The notes: a model not told the origin generated them from the sequence alone. A stretch of DNA of 63,572 nucleotides, filler included, from Octopus bimaculoides (GCF_001194135.2; 10 parts of 9 records of this genome joined end to end with filler, not necessarily neighbours in it), one strand, 5' to 3'; positions 37,124-50,994 are shown, counted from the first letter of the whole stretch. Numbers and translations: made by a program.

Positions 37124-37209
37124 CGAATAAGTACCCACCATTCCCACTTTCCGTAAATAGTTCGTTAAGAATTACCATTTATGGAAATCAATGTTAGAAA
37201 ATAGCAGAA

Positions 37210-37250
<41 letters not shown>

Positions 37251-37835
37251 TTATCCAGAGGAAAAAAAAAAACAAGTAAAATAAAAAAAAGATATGAAAA
37301 GAAAAAAGTAACGAATTTTATTTGGTGTAAAAGAAGAAAATGACAAATGATTGGCATTAAATTGACAGTTGAAAAGTTCTTGGAGACAGCTTTCAGGAAG
37401 CACGGTTCGGCCTTAAACTAACAAACACGCTAACTTGATACATCACTGTGAACTGATGATATCAACAAACACGTCAACACTAAACAAATAACAGAATGGC
37501 AGCCATGTTTTGCCAGACACTCTACTGCTACTTCACTCTTTTATTTCTCGCAAATACTTGCCTCGTTTAACTTCTCATTAGCTGTTTGTTTTAAGAACTT
37601 CGCTTTAATTTCATTTATATTTTTATTCCTACATTATATTTATTTACGTTTTCGTTTTGTTTGTTATGGCTATTTATGATGAGTTGGGATATTTCTCTGG
37701 TTTGTTTTTCTAATTCAAAACATTTTTTAACTAGGCGTAATGGATACCGAAAATGAAAGCAATTTATACCCTGTACAAAGTACCTGGGTACAATGTCTAC
37801 AGCAGCGAGCAAAGGTTGTCTGTAAGCAGTATCCC

Positions 37836-37882
<47 letters not shown>

Positions 37883-38177
37883 GCGAAAACTGTAGCTCTA
37901 AGTGTATTTTGTCTGCTTGTTTCGCTGCAATTACACATTATCCATCCATCCATCCAACCAACCAACCGACCAACCCATCTATCTAAGACAAGATATTAAT
38001 AATGATCATTACATTGTTTTCTTTTATTAGAGTAAATTTGGCTTACGGCTGTTTCCAGTAGTCAGTATAGGTACATTACAGAGAGGTTTAACTCAATTGG
38101 TCTGTTGATCAATTGAGGTAAATTGATCGACCTAAAAGAATTAATGCTATTTTCGGATCTCTCTCTCTCTCTCTCTC

Positions 38178-38225
<48 letters not shown>

Positions 38226-38325
38226 NNNNNNNNNNNNNNNNNNNNNNNNNNNNNNNNNNNNNNNNNNNNTTAATTAATTAANNNNNNNNNNNNNNNNNNN
38301 NNNNNNNNNNNNNNNNNNNNNNNNN

Positions 38326-38363
<38 letters not shown>

Positions 38364-39699
38364 GTATAATTATATATGAATGTGTGTATTTATATATTTA
38401 CACTTATATCTACGCGTATGTATGTGCTTTTATTTTCATTATTATCTTATATATGAAAATGTATACGTACATATATACATTCGTATATAGAGATAAGTTT
38501 TTTAACTTATCTAAAATAATCTTACAGATACAAGCATACCCACACACACATGTAATGTAATAATATATGTGAGAAATTATGATAAACGCAAAACACAAGA
38601 TATCTATCTATCTATATATATATATATATGTATGTATATACTTGTCTGTATGTATAATATGCATGTAAATGTGTGTGCGTGTGTGAATACATCATTTGAA
38701 CCAGCTTCATAGTGATAGTAGTGTGTGAGTGATAGAGACACCGAGAAGAAGAAGAAGAAGAAGAAGAAGAAGAAGAAGAAGAAGAAGAAGAAGAAGAAGA
38801 AGAAACAAAGACTGATTAAAGTTAGTAACGAGTTCTTTATGAAAGTGTACCCAATGGCCTTTTCACGCCTTCCACTGATAATATAAAGTGTCTTAACTGT
38901 GACGTCAGAGTCTCCAGTGCAGTTTTAACATAGTTTTTTCATAATTAACATATTTAATTTCTACCGTTAATTATTTTCATCAATAGACATAGACATTCTT
39001 GATATATATATATATTATATATTTTATATATATNNNNNNNNNNNNNNNNNNNNNNNNNNNNNNNNNNNNNNNNNNNNNNNNNNNNNNNNNNNNNNNNNNN
39101 NNNNNNNNNNNNNNNNNNNNNNNNNNNNNNNNNNNNNNNNNNNNNNNNNNNNNNNNNNNNNNNNNNNNNNNNNNNNNNNNNNNNNNNNNNNNNNNNNNNN
39201 NNNNNNNNNNNNNNNNNNNNNNNNNNNNNNNNNNNNNNNNNNNNNNNNNNNNNNNNNNNNNNNNNNNNNNNNNNNNNNNNNNNNNNNNNNNNNNNNNNNN
39301 NNNNNNNNNNNNNNNNNNNNNNNNNNNNNNNNNNNNNNNNNNNNNNNNNNNNNNNNNNNNNNNNNNNNNNNNNNNNNNNNNNNNNNNNNNNNNNNNNNNN
39401 NNNNNNNNNNNNNNNNNNNNNNNNNNNNNNNNNNNNNNNNNNNNNNNNNNNNNNNNNNNNNNNNNNNNNNNNNNNNNNNNNNNNNNNNNNNNNNNNNNNN
39501 NNNNNNNNNNNNNNNNNNNNNNNNNNNNNNNNNNNNNNNNNNNNNNNNNNNNNNNNNNNNNNNNNNNNNNNNNNNNNNNNNNNNNNNNNNNNNNNNNNNN
39601 NNNNNNNNNNNNNNNNNNNNNNNNNNNNNNNNNNNNNNNNNNNNNNNNNNNNNNNNNNNNNNNNNNNNNNNNNNNNNNNNNNNNNNNNNNNTATATATA

Positions 39700-40100
39700 T
39701 CCGTAATCTTCTAATTTGCTTTCTCCTTTCTGATTTCGTGTAGCGTAATTTCTTAAGATTGGTGCTTAAGCAGTTTGTTACATTTCCTAGTGCCCCATAA
39801 TTAGGGGGTTTATTCAGATAAAGTACCTGTAAATTTCTCAATATTTCAGTGTAGTTGTTCTCATTTTCATTGGTCTTTAACATTATGCTGACATTACTTG
39901 GGCAGCTGATTTCCACTATTGTACACAGTTTCTCTTCTCTGTCCCAAATCACTATGTCTGGTCTATTATGTTTACATTTTATTGAGGTTTGACAACATCT
40001 ATCAAAAGATCTACCTCTAGTGGGATTGCTGGTAGGGTTTCCTTTACCATCGAAGTCCTTGTTGCAGCGGATGACTACAGAGTATTTATTGTGCTGCAAG
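39700..40100 (-). mobile_element. Non-LTR retrotransposon remnant with restriction-like endonuclease
   Basis: KHNRPDIVIWDREEKLCTIVEISCP..GALG, the PD-(D/E)xK-type RLE motif of R2/R4-group LINEs. Confidence 0.85.
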
Positions 40101-40639
40101 GGCCTTAGTCTTCTTATATTTTCAAGGTGATGCTACAGAACAACCGCAGTTTCAGGACTGAAACAATAAATCGCAAAAGAGATACATGTGTACACCTATA
40201 GATAGATAGGTTTATACAAACCTTTGTAAATACATGTATATCTATATACACATATCTGTTAAATTAATTAAACTTCATACATAACAGTTTAAAATAACAG
40301 TTTAAAATAACAGTTTAAAATATCAATTGTATCTCAACATATATCACATGAGTATCACGTATCATATAACATACACTTAAGCACCAGGAGAGAGTTTGTT
40401 CTCCTAAAGCTGTCTGACACTGCTAAGAACCACACTTAAATTAGATGTTTACGAAGAAATAACTGTTATTTATGCTAAAGACTACACTCAACGTTTAACA
40501 CTAAATGTTGTAAAACGATTAAAGATCTCGACGATTTTGAAGGTATTGACAACAGTGGCTCAGGTTAGCACACACATACACACACTCACACACACATATA
40601 CATACATACACACGCATACCCGCACATGCACATGCACAC

Positions 40640-40670
<31 letters not shown>

Positions 40671-41692
40671 AGTATGTATACATATGTAAAAATTTATACA
40701 AAGAGTCGGAATAAACATTTCATTTAAGCATATATAAGCATGTCTAGATACATACATACATACATACATACATACATGCCCTGTTGATGTTGAAATTCCA
40801 ATGAAAAAGCCTTGGATCTNNNNNNNNNNNNNNNNNNNNNNNNNNNNNNNNNNNNNNNNNNNNNNNNNNNNNNNNNNNNNNNNNNNNNNNNNNNNNNNNN
40901 NNNNNNNNNNNNNNNNNNNNNNNNNNNNNNNNNNNNNNNNNNNNNNNNNNNNNNNNNNNNNNNNNNNNNNNNNNNNNNNNNNNNNNNNNNNNNNNNNNNN
41001 NNNNNNNNNNNNNNNNNNNNNNNNNNNNNNNNNNNNNNNNNNNNNNNNNNNNNNNNNNNNNNNNNNNNNNNNNNNNNNNNNNNNNNNNNNNNNNNNNNNN
41101 NNNNNNNNNNNNNNNNNNNNNNNNNNNNNNNNNNNNNNNNNNNNNNNNNNNNNNNNNNNNNNNNNNNNNNNNNNNNNNNNNNNNNNNNNNNNNNNNNNNN
41201 NNNNNNNNNNNNNNNNNNNNNNNNNNNNNNNNNNNNNNNNNNNNNNNNNNNNNNNNNNNNNNNNNNNNNNNNNNNNNNNNNTATATATATATATATATAT
41301 ATCTGTTTGTGTATGTACTTACGTGTCAATATCTTTGTGTGTAAGTGAGTATCTTGCTACTCAGGAGTATATTGTTGCATCCTTTATTCTTTATGTTCTG
41401 AGAAAATATCTCCTCTATTTAATACCAAACTCAGCCTTGTACATCATCATCATCATCATCAAACACCGAACAACACCAGTTCTCTCTAAAACGAACCGGT
41501 CTTTTTAAAATCTTATTAAGTCATAATTTACCATTAGCGATGAGTTCATCCGTTTCTCAACCTCCTCCTCATCCTCATCCTCATCCTCCTCATCCTTCTC
41601 CTCCCTTCTCTTCTTTCAAATTATTATCTTCCTTCTTTTTCTTCTCCCAGCGATAACTGCTTCGCTTCGACAAACACTACACCACAACAACA

Positions 41693-41726
<34 letters not shown>

Positions 41727-41905
41727 TTACTGCTGCTGCTGTTGTTTATGCTGCTGCTGTTGCTGCTGTTGCTGGTGGTGGTGGTGTTATAGTTGTTGTT
41801 GTTGCACTCGCTTTTCGCATTTTAAACTTCACCAGAGGAATCTGCAAACATCGATACAGATGCACAAACACACATGCGCACACAAACAAACAAATATGCA
41901 ATTAT

Positions 41906-41951
<46 letters not shown>

Positions 41952-42196
41952 NNNNNNNNNNNNNNNNNNNNNNNNNNNNNNNNNNNNNNNNNNNNTTAAT
42001 TAATTAANNNNNNNNNNNNNNNNNNNNNNNNNNNNNNNNNNNNNNNNNNNNATTTATTATATCTTTCTCCGTTTTCTTTCTCTGTTTAGACGAACTTTCC
42101 TACCTTTTCGGACAAAACCTTTTGTATCCTTCGTCCTGTCTTTGTCCTTATATGTTTTTAGTTGATATTAGCCCTTGTGGCCAATAAAACGAATTA

Positions 42197-42256
<60 letters not shown>

Positions 42257-42807
42257 GAGTGAGAGAGCAGTGCATATCACAGTGACACTGGGGTAAAATA
42301 TACAAAGCCCAGCATACCCATCATGACTACCCGTCTGATAAGGGTACACCAGGCACATGCATCACAACCACATGCGTGCGACATGGTGATTTCATGTCAA
42401 GATAAACAGCGCATGATCTTGCAGGTGGGGCTCAGAATTTTTTTCAGGTCGAGTAGCCCATCCCGTTCAAAAGGCCCTTGAATAAGGGTTGTTTAAGGAT
42501 GTTGAACGAAACACCTATGCTTCCAGAGGTGAATTATCCAAACCCCAAAGAATTCCTCTCAACATATGGCTATGATGCTCCCCTACTACTTCTTCCCATG
42601 ATCAGAGATACACATATTGTCAACCACCAAGGGACATGTTCAACTGGTTAAGGTCACACAACTGACAAGAAAATCTGTGGTATTGAGCAGAATATTTGCT
42701 GTAGCCCATCTTTTATACCAAGACAAATCAACGTACATGATAACATTTCCAATCTGTGAAGATCAGAAGCCATGACAGCCACTGCCTGGTACTGCATGAA
42801 GGCATTT
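42257..42807. mobile_element. Unclassified ~550-bp interspersed element between two (ATT)n tracts
   Basis: Complex, non-coding, bounded by ATT microsatellites on both sides; family assignment not possible by eye. Confidence 0.4.
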
Positions 42808-42828
42808 ATTATTATTATTATTATTATT

Positions 42829-42859
<31 letters not shown>

Positions 42860-42865
42860 CTGTTG

Positions 42866-43427
42866 TACGAAAAGCTCATAGCTGGATATGATGGCAAGTG
42901 TCAGCTGTCCACGGCCAGCAGACTAAGGTGACACTTGTTTACAAGTCATACTTCAAGAACCCTGCGAAGAATTCTTGCAGTTCCAAGCAATGCTGATTGT
43001 GTAGGTGTTCTACCTCCACACTTGCACCGATCTTTTTCAGCCATGTTAGTATTTGAGTGCTGATACTTCCAAGCGCGCCAGTTACTATTGGCATCACGTC
43101 TACTCTCTTCATTGACCACAACCTTTGTATTTCCCACTTTAAATCGTCATAGTTTATTTTTTCTTCTTTCACATTGATGCTGTTGTCACCGGGGCATGCT
43201 ATGTCGATTATCATACATGTTCTTCCTTTTTATTTACCACAACATTATCCGGTTTCCGGGTGATAGGACTGAATCATTGCTATCATTGGATTATTGGAAA
43301 ATCCCACAGCAATTCTCATTTTCAGTGACTCCTTCTGGAGTTTGTTCATACCACGTCTTTGCTCTTTGTAGGCCGTGATTTCCACAGAGCTCCCAATAGA
43401 TCATTCTTGCCACATTGTTATAGCGTC

Positions 43428-43430
<3 letters not shown>
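42866..43430 (-). mobile_element. R4/Dong-like RLE LINE 3' end
   Basis: RKPD..IIDIACPGD..YDDLKWEIQRLWSMKRVDVMPIVTGALG; ALLGTARILRRVL. Confidence 0.85.
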
Positions 43431-43516
<86 letters not shown>

Positions 43517-44564
43517 AATTTAAAATTCAAGGAATACAATTCTGATACATAAATAAAGCGGTGGGTTTACTTTACTTCCGTATGGCTTACGTCATTTGCA
43601 CTTAACTCCTAAGGAGTTACATTTATATTTATCAGTAGAGAGAAGTACCAACTTCTTGATTAATTTCACTAACTGCCATAGAGCAGAAATACAGTAATTT
43701 GAGAGTTTCGACAAATAGATAGAATAAGTACTAGACTTAAAAATAGGTATTGGAATCGATGTGGTCGATTAAACAAATCAAGACAGTGCGCCAGTTTGGC
43801 TAAAGTTTAATGACGAATACCAGTGAAAAATAAAAGATTATGGATGCGTATGTACTGGTATAAACAAGTTGTTGTAAGCAAGTCGGTGCTACATCGTGGC
43901 CGTATCTAGCGACAGTACCAGTAAGAATAAAGTGTTTGAAGAGAAACGCCTATTTCTTTATTTGCTTCATAAACTTCGAATGAGTTTTATAAATTGGAAA
44001 CGCTGGAATCTAACACGCTTTTCTTTACCCCTTTACTTCGCAACTTCTCCACATAATTGTCGTGTGTCTGTGTATGTATATGCGTATGTCAGTGTGTGTG
44101 CGCGCGCGAACGTGTGTAAAGAGGGTGTAAAGTAAATACTAAGATGGTTTAAGGCACCTGTGAGGAATTTTCCTTATGTATTAAACTATATGTTTTGTTA
44201 ACATAATACTGAATCGCCGACGAAATCTAACTACGCAATTCGTGTATCCATCCTCCTTATATTTAACAGTAAATGGTTTACCTGCGCCACCAAATTGATT
44301 TACTCAATAAGTAGACGAGCTAATGAGAGTGCTTCTATGTGACTCCTTGACCTGCAAGTAATATCGTCTAAGCCAAAGTTTACTATCTTGAAATAATTAA
44401 AGAACACATTGAAAAGAAGAGATGTTCATTTCTGGAATACATTTCCCCTAATGTCTGCTAAATTTGAGATAAGTAACAAATAACAATAACAGTAGCAATA
44501 AGTGGTTAGAATCTCACCTTAATGTTTTAGAGTGACGAGAAAATACCTTGCGCTATTTAATTAT

Positions 44565-44700
44565 GCCTCTTTACATTCTGAGCTTAGATCCCGCCAAGGC
44601 CTACTTTGCCTTTCATCTCTCCGATTAAATAAAGTACCAGACAAGTAATGGAGTCGATTTAATCGACGAACTCCTCCCCTCGATTTAATCGACGAACTCC
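44565..44700 (-). mobile_element. SINE family A, diverged, with a small internal duplication
   Basis: ctactttgcctttcatctctccgattaaataaagtaccag; cgatttaatcgacgaactcctccc occurs twice; orientation assignment tentative. Confidence 0.55.
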
Positions 44701-45248
44701 TCCCAAAATTTCTGGCCTTATGCTTCATGAACGTCTTGAAAAATTTGGATTTAATCACGTTGATCATGAAGAAAGTTCTTACCAATAGAAGGTTTGGGAA
44801 CAATTGGATAACTGTTTACTTTGAAGCGAGATATGTGACTTTTATTTGCATAATTTATGCTTTTACAAACATCTATTTAAGAGTAATTCAAGGTGGTGTC
44901 TTAGAGTTCTGGTAAGATATGCAAGCCACAAGCGAGGCAGGAGTGGTTACACTAATAAGAATTTCGATAAAATATTTTGGAAAATTATTGAACAAGTAGA
45001 CACAACAAACACTTTAACAAATGTAAATTAACAACATTTTTGGTTGAAAGAAAGCCTCTTTCTAATTTAAATACAAAGTTCTATTTGGAATTTTACATGC
45101 TCAGTTTTATATCTTCCTATACAGATTTCATTATGGAAAATGAGCTATTGCGTTCTCTATTTTTAAATTTTCTTTCATTACTTGGTTCAATTTCTGTAAT
45201 AATTCAGTTCTTCAGTAATTAATCTTGAATAAAGAAACTCAAGTATCT

Positions 45249-45255
45249 TGTGCGC

Positions 45256-45342
<87 letters not shown>
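45249..45342. repeat. (GT)n microsatellite
   Basis: Directly visible. Confidence 0.97.
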
Positions 45343-45348
<6 letters not shown>

Positions 45349-45800
45349 AATAATATCGTTTAACACAGATGTGGTAATCTGGAACGCTCAGATTCTAATT
45401 AAACATATTGTAAAGTCACCATCTGTAGTATACTGTGGAAGAAAAGTCGTATGTGATTTGTTCCATAGTTGCTTAATATATTATACATTCTCCTGGCAGC
45501 ATCAGCTTTCTCAACTTTCGATTCACTAAGGAAAGAAAGAACTAAAGCAACAGATTCGTAGTAATGTCGTTGTAAGTGTTTCTCAAGAAAACCACTTTCG
45601 AAAGTTAAGGTTATTTTCTGGCAAGTTGTCACAACCACTTCTTGGAAAATGTGAACTCTCGTTGTCTCTTACTGCTGCGAAAATATAAAGGTGTTAAATC
45701 TTTTAAGAAAGCCAGTAAATATGAAGGCAATATGATGTCGCATGATCAATGCTGAGGGTACATCATCTTCCAATTAGTTCTGGAATCTATTTTTAGTGCT

Positions 45801-45893
45801 CACTAGCAGAAATACCCGGCGTTGCCCGGGTTAAAGAGAATAATGAAATCTAAAAAAGCCGTCTAGACTACGCATCATCTTTATATATAGAGA
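45801..45893 (+). mobile_element. Short Helitron/HINE-like non-autonomous element
   Basis: actagcagaaatacccggcgttgcccggg hairpin start and tttatatatagagat end resemble these elements. Confidence 0.45.
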
Positions 45894-46272
45894 TGTATAT
45901 ACACACATGCACCCAAACACACGTATACATATGTATATCAATATAAATATATGAAAGTCAATGAAGTTTCGTAAAAGAAGGTGATCATGTACATACTTTC
46001 TTGCTGTTGTGATTATAACACCTCGTTGTAAACAATGTTCCTTGTTTTCCCTTGTGGAGCATATACAAATAGGTTTTTTTTTTGCTGCCCACTCTTGAGC
46101 AGCCAACATACAGTTGTCCATGTGAGAAGCAGGGCTCTTCCAAGAGAAGACCAGCTACAGACAGTCTTTGACNNNNNNNNNNNNNNNNNNNNNNNNNNNN
46201 NNNNNNNNNNNNNNNNTTAATTAATTAANNNNNNNNNNNNNNNNNNNNNNNNNNNNNNNNNNNNNNNNNNNN

Positions 46273-46314
<42 letters not shown>

Positions 46315-46489
46315 GTTTGTTATTGAAGTTTCTACTCGGGTAGCTGGCATTTACATGTTATGCTTTCATTGAGTTATGTTCCGATAACCCCGTTAACTTG
46401 CAATCGTCTGCTAAGACTCCGCCGATAAAGAAATGGCATAAATGTATTAACCCCAACCCTTGCGAAATTACACAGCCCACAGCACGAAA

Positions 46490-47880
46490 AACGATCATCT
46501 ACGAAGCACTATACCTGTGCACAACTCATGGATTACATGCATGAACACAGACATCACCCCAAACGATTTTCTTCGCACACCATTCGGCGCTTCACAACAC
46601 ATATAAATACTCTCCATTTCGAACCACAACTTCATCGACCTAAAAGTAAATTTTCCCGACGCAGTGGGCAAATTCCAAAAGACAATAAGTAAAATTATGT
46701 ACGAGAATCTGATCGTGGAAACACCCACAGCCAGCCACATGTGTGTGAAAACTATTCACCTTCCCCCAGCCCCAAAACAGTAAGTACTACATTATTTTCC
46801 TTTTTGGTCATGCTAAAGTTAGGTAGTTTGAATATACGTGACCTGGGATCGCTTGGAAGCAGAAACGCTTTCTCAACGACCTCAGGACATTGGTTTAGGA
46901 TGTGCAAAACAGGTTGTATGACTGTCGCGGGTGAAAAGTTTGAGGACGGACACCTTTCTCTCCGGCAATGGTTTAATCAACCATTCCAGGTTTCAATGGA
47001 AAAGAAAACTGGGATCAGAGAGGGAGGAGCTGCCCTCGTGCAAGTTTGAGGAAGGATGCACGAATGGTTCGAATGAATGGGTCTAACTTGAGCATAAACT
47101 TCTAGGCTTTGGCCGTAGTGAAAAGGTTGTCTTGTGGCTTGTGGGGTTTCCACGATCAACCCAGAATATTCCCTCTTTTGAGAACCACGTTTACTTTTAT
47201 GATTACATCTGAAATTTTTAGCCTTTATCATTGTTAAAACTGTTTACACGCATGTATGTATGACCCCACCCGTATGTTTTGTATCGTTCCTCTATATCAG
47301 GACCTTAGTGGCTAATAAAGAAAAGAATTTCTCGCTGACAGACGTGTTTCTTTGTGAGCTCATAAGTGTGGTTACTTTCCTGTTGCAAAACTGTATTCAA
47401 TCCTATCTGATTTTGTGCATCTTCAAAACTGAACCTGCTTAGCAGGGGAGGTGTCGTGCCCGAAAAATCCTCCTTTTTAGGGGCACATTGTTCCCTTGTT
47501 CATCTGCGTTAGTTTTCTACTCTACTAATTTTTGTTTTTCTATCATGGCTGCCAGCCATGGCGAGGGTAACGCCCCCAACATTGAAGTGTACAACTAACT
47601 GATCGATAAACTGTACAACGAAATGTTTCCTTTTCTTCCCCGTTGCGAGCAAGAGCAGGGGAATGATTTACCTCCCCAAGATATGTTATCGAAAACTTCC
47701 AAGGACACCCAAATCAGCAAAACCAAAGGTCACGTAATAGAGGAATTCAAACTGAACCGCTGCGGTTTCGCGTCTGCGGCGTGAATCCATCAGCAACAAC
47801 TCGACTTCAAAGTTCATGACTTTAGAAATGTCAAAAATCTATTGAAAAGAGATGGCACAGATGTTACTTTAACCTCCACT
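46490..47880 (+). mobile_element. Tx1/L1-like LINE remnants (ORF1-like pieces, APE N-terminus, polyA-signal end)
   Basis: MLKLGSLNIRDL at 46810 resembles the APE start motif; aataaag at 47314; further ORF1-like sequence follows. Confidence 0.45.
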
Positions 47881-48066
47881 CACGAAATCCAACAGCGCAC
47901 ATCACGGAAAACCATCACTTGCAAAAATATTCTGTAATGCAAATATACGACCATATAGATTTGAAAGGTATGGAAAACAGTCGAAATGAAAAAATAGAGA
48001 AAATCCTTTCGCTTTTATAATATTCTCTAACTAAAACACTCAAACACAAAATACACACCAATACAC

Positions 48067-48452
48067 GAGTGGCTGTGTGGTAAGTAGCTTGCTTACCAGC
48101 CACATGGTTCCGGGTTCAGTCCCACTGCGTGGCACCTTGGGCAAGTGTTTTCTACTATAGCCTCGAGTCGACCAAAGCCTTGTGAGTGGATTTGGTAGAC
48201 GGAAACTGAAAGAAGCCCGTCGTATATATGTATAAAAATATATACATATGTATATGTGTTTGTATATGTTTGTCTGTATTTGTCACACCAACATCGCTTG
48301 ACAACCGATGCTGGTGTGTTTACGTCCCCGGCAAAAGGGACCGATAGAATAAGTACTAGGCTTCCAAAGAATAAGTCCTGGAGTCGATTTGCTCGACTAA
48401 AAGGCGGTGCTTCAGCATGTCCGCAGTCAAATGACTGAAACAAGTAAAAGAT
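48067..48452 (+). mobile_element. Near full-length SINE family B (head, microsatellite, tail)
   Basis: gtggctgtgtggtaagtagcttgctt..ggttccgggttcagtccc..ccttgggcaagtg..catcgcttgacaaccgatg..aatgactgaaacaagtaaaag. Confidence 0.9.
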
Positions 48453-48851
48453 TAAATAACACACAATAACAACATATAAATAAATAAATCGAAAAATGTG
48501 AAAATCACTAAAAACTTCTCTCTAATGCCAATATACAACCATATAGATTAAAAAAGTATGAAAGACAATACATACAAAAAACTATGTACATACAACGAAT
48601 TAGAGAAAAAACGTGTAAACAACCTTTTTTACCGGTTTGTCCATTTACGCGGAAGCTCTGAGCAAAATATTATAGTGCATGACTAACCTTGGGATATAAG
48701 TAATGTGTGTGTAAAGTCTGGTGAAAATCGGTTGAGAATTGTATAAATGTATGCGTTAGTCATTATACACACACATACTATGATTTATATATATTAGATA
48801 AACTTTAACAAAATTCTGTAAGAGCCCTCCCCCACCCCAAGGGCTATATGG

Positions 48852-49237
48852 CTGTTGTTGGCACTCCGTCGCTTACGACGACGAGGGTCCCAGTTGATCC
48901 GATCAACGGAACAGCCTGCTCGTGAAATTAACGTGCAAGTGGCTGAGCACTCCACAGACACGTGTACCCTTAACGTAGTTCTCGGGGATATTCAGCGTGA
49001 CACAGTGTGACAAGGCTGACGCTTTGAATTACAGGCACAACAGAAACAGGAAGTAAGTGTGACAGAAAGTTGTGGTGAAAGAGTACAGCAGGGGTCGACA
49101 CCATCCCCTGCCGGAGCCTCGTGGAGCTTTAGGCGTTTTCGCTCAATAAACACTCACAACGCCCGGTCTGGGAATCGAAACCGCGATCCTATGACCGCGA
49201 GTCCGCTGCCCTAACCACTGGGCCATTGCGCCTCCAC
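48852..49237 (-). mobile_element. Full-length tRNA(Arg-like)-derived SINE family C with 11-bp target-site duplication
   Basis: gggctatatgg at 48841-48851 and 49238-49248; head gtggaggcgcaatggcccagtggttagggc..ggtttcgattccc; tail (aac)n. Confidence 0.92.
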
Positions 49238-49289
49238 GGGCTATATGGACCCCTGTTAAAAACTAATGTTTTAAACTCTTGTTTACTTC

Positions 49290-50015
49290 TACTTTCTAAC
49301 GGGATCAATCACCAGTAACAGCCTCTCGCTTTTCAGCGTTCATGTAAAGCAACTACATGTCTTTCTTGCAAACATCTTGGAAACGAAGACGGTGGGGAGG
49401 TCATCCTTGTGTTCTCTGATCGGATACAAATTCACCAGACAGCAGGTTTTCTTAAATCTTCCTCTCAAACATGTGGACTACATGGCCCAGTCAACAGAGG
49501 CGTCGTTATTGCAGTAGGATGAGGAGGCTGGCTGTCTGTGCGCGAGCTAGGACCTCATTGTCGGTGATCCAAATCATTTGATAATCAGAATCCTCTTCAG
49601 GCTGCACAGGTGGACGGCATTGATACGCCATTGCTGTCTGGAATGGGTTCTCCCGGTTTCATTTTCATAGAGCAGTGTGCTAAATACACAAGCTCTGTAG
49701 ACTGGAACCTCGACGTGTGCCATTAGCTTGCTGGTCTCCCAGACTCTCTTTGTTAGTCTCGCTTGTATTATTTACGCTATTTTTTTGCAGTAATATTCGA
49801 ATGTACTTTTTCCGATGTAGAAGAAGTTATGTTTCTTGAATATAAGACAACCAAAACCGTTTCAAAACAAAGACTAAAGTTGCATCTCAGATAACAAGAG
49901 ACTTACTGTTCACAGACAACTGTGTTCCAGTTGTTCTTACACCTGAGGACATACAGCACATCATCGAAAGATTTGCAGCCAGATCGTTTGGCTTAACTAC
50001 CAGCATAAAAAGGCT
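49290..50015 (-). mobile_element. RTE-clade LINE 3' fragment
   Basis: ITDNEVLARAQ..LLQ*RRLC*LGHVVHM..NLLSGEF resembles the RTE C-terminal RRLRWLGHV motif. Confidence 0.75.
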
Positions 50016-50021
50016 GAACTG

Positions 50022-50340
50022 CTATATCTCCCAATAGGAGAGGCGTTTTAAGGTCCTCGTTGAAAAACCCACTAAAGCCACGGGTGCCTGAACAACAAGG
50101 CAAGAGCCCTGCATCCTCAGAATTGGTCCTTTCACTCTGGGCATTCTTCCGACATTCATCCACCTTTCAACAAACTTGCGACAAAGCAACACTTCCTTCT
50201 CTACCCTCAACTTCCTTTTCAAGTGAAACTTTAAAAAGTTGATGAGGGGCTTGGCCAAAGAGGAAAGTATGTCTTTAGCCCTTTCAAACGGGTCCACCAT
50301 ACTACCTCTTTCGCTACAGACACAAGACAAATAAAAATTG
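50022..50340 (-). mobile_element. Tx1-like LINE ORF2 C-terminal fragment
   Basis: LINFLKFHLKRKLRVEKEVL..FVERWM resembles Tx1 ORF2 termini. Confidence 0.45.
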
Positions 50341-50477
50341 GCTGCCCCTTCTGGCTAAAAGAGAGCAGCGGGGCAATATTCACAATGGATTCAGCAGATA
50401 GCCGGCTGCATCCCACAAGCGACAACAGGTATTTGACATAAGCCCACAGGTCAGCAATAATAATAATAATAATAATG

Positions 50478-50548
<71 letters not shown>

Positions 50549-50976
50549 CTGTCAAGACCTACCAAAAACTGAGCAAATATAAAGATCTTGAGATAGAAAT
50601 TAGCAAAACGTGGAACCTGAAGACTAAAACAATACCTATTGTCATAGGTGCCCTGGGAATGACAGCAAAACGGGCTGATTACTACCTAGCTCAGATACCA
50701 GGAAACCCCAAAATGGCTGAAGTTCAAAAGATAGTGCTCATGGGAACTGCCTATATCCTACGTAAAATACTGTCTATGTGATCTCAAATTTTAAAACAAA
50801 CACATAATTTTCTTATGGTTTCTTAAACATTCTCTAGAACAACACTATGTACAAATCCAAATATATGGTACCCTAGGCATAACACCTACATGAACTTCTA
50901 ACTTGTTGTCTCTTGAGGTCTCTGGGTGAGACTTGGATCCAACTTGTACAAATGCAAAACAAAAGTCAAACATAAA
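50549..50976 (+). mobile_element. R4/Dong-like RLE LINE 3' end between (TAA)n tracts
   Basis: KLSKYKDLEIEISKTWNLKTKTIPIVIGALG..VQKIVLMGTAYILRKIL*. Confidence 0.88.
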
Positions 50977-50994
50977 ATAATAATAATAATAATA

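Noticed and set aside
48852-49237. Genuine tRNA genes in SINE heads (also 35585, 48067, 59330)
   Set aside because: tRNA-like A/B boxes continue into SINE bodies and tails, with a TSD in one case and no complete cloverleaf.
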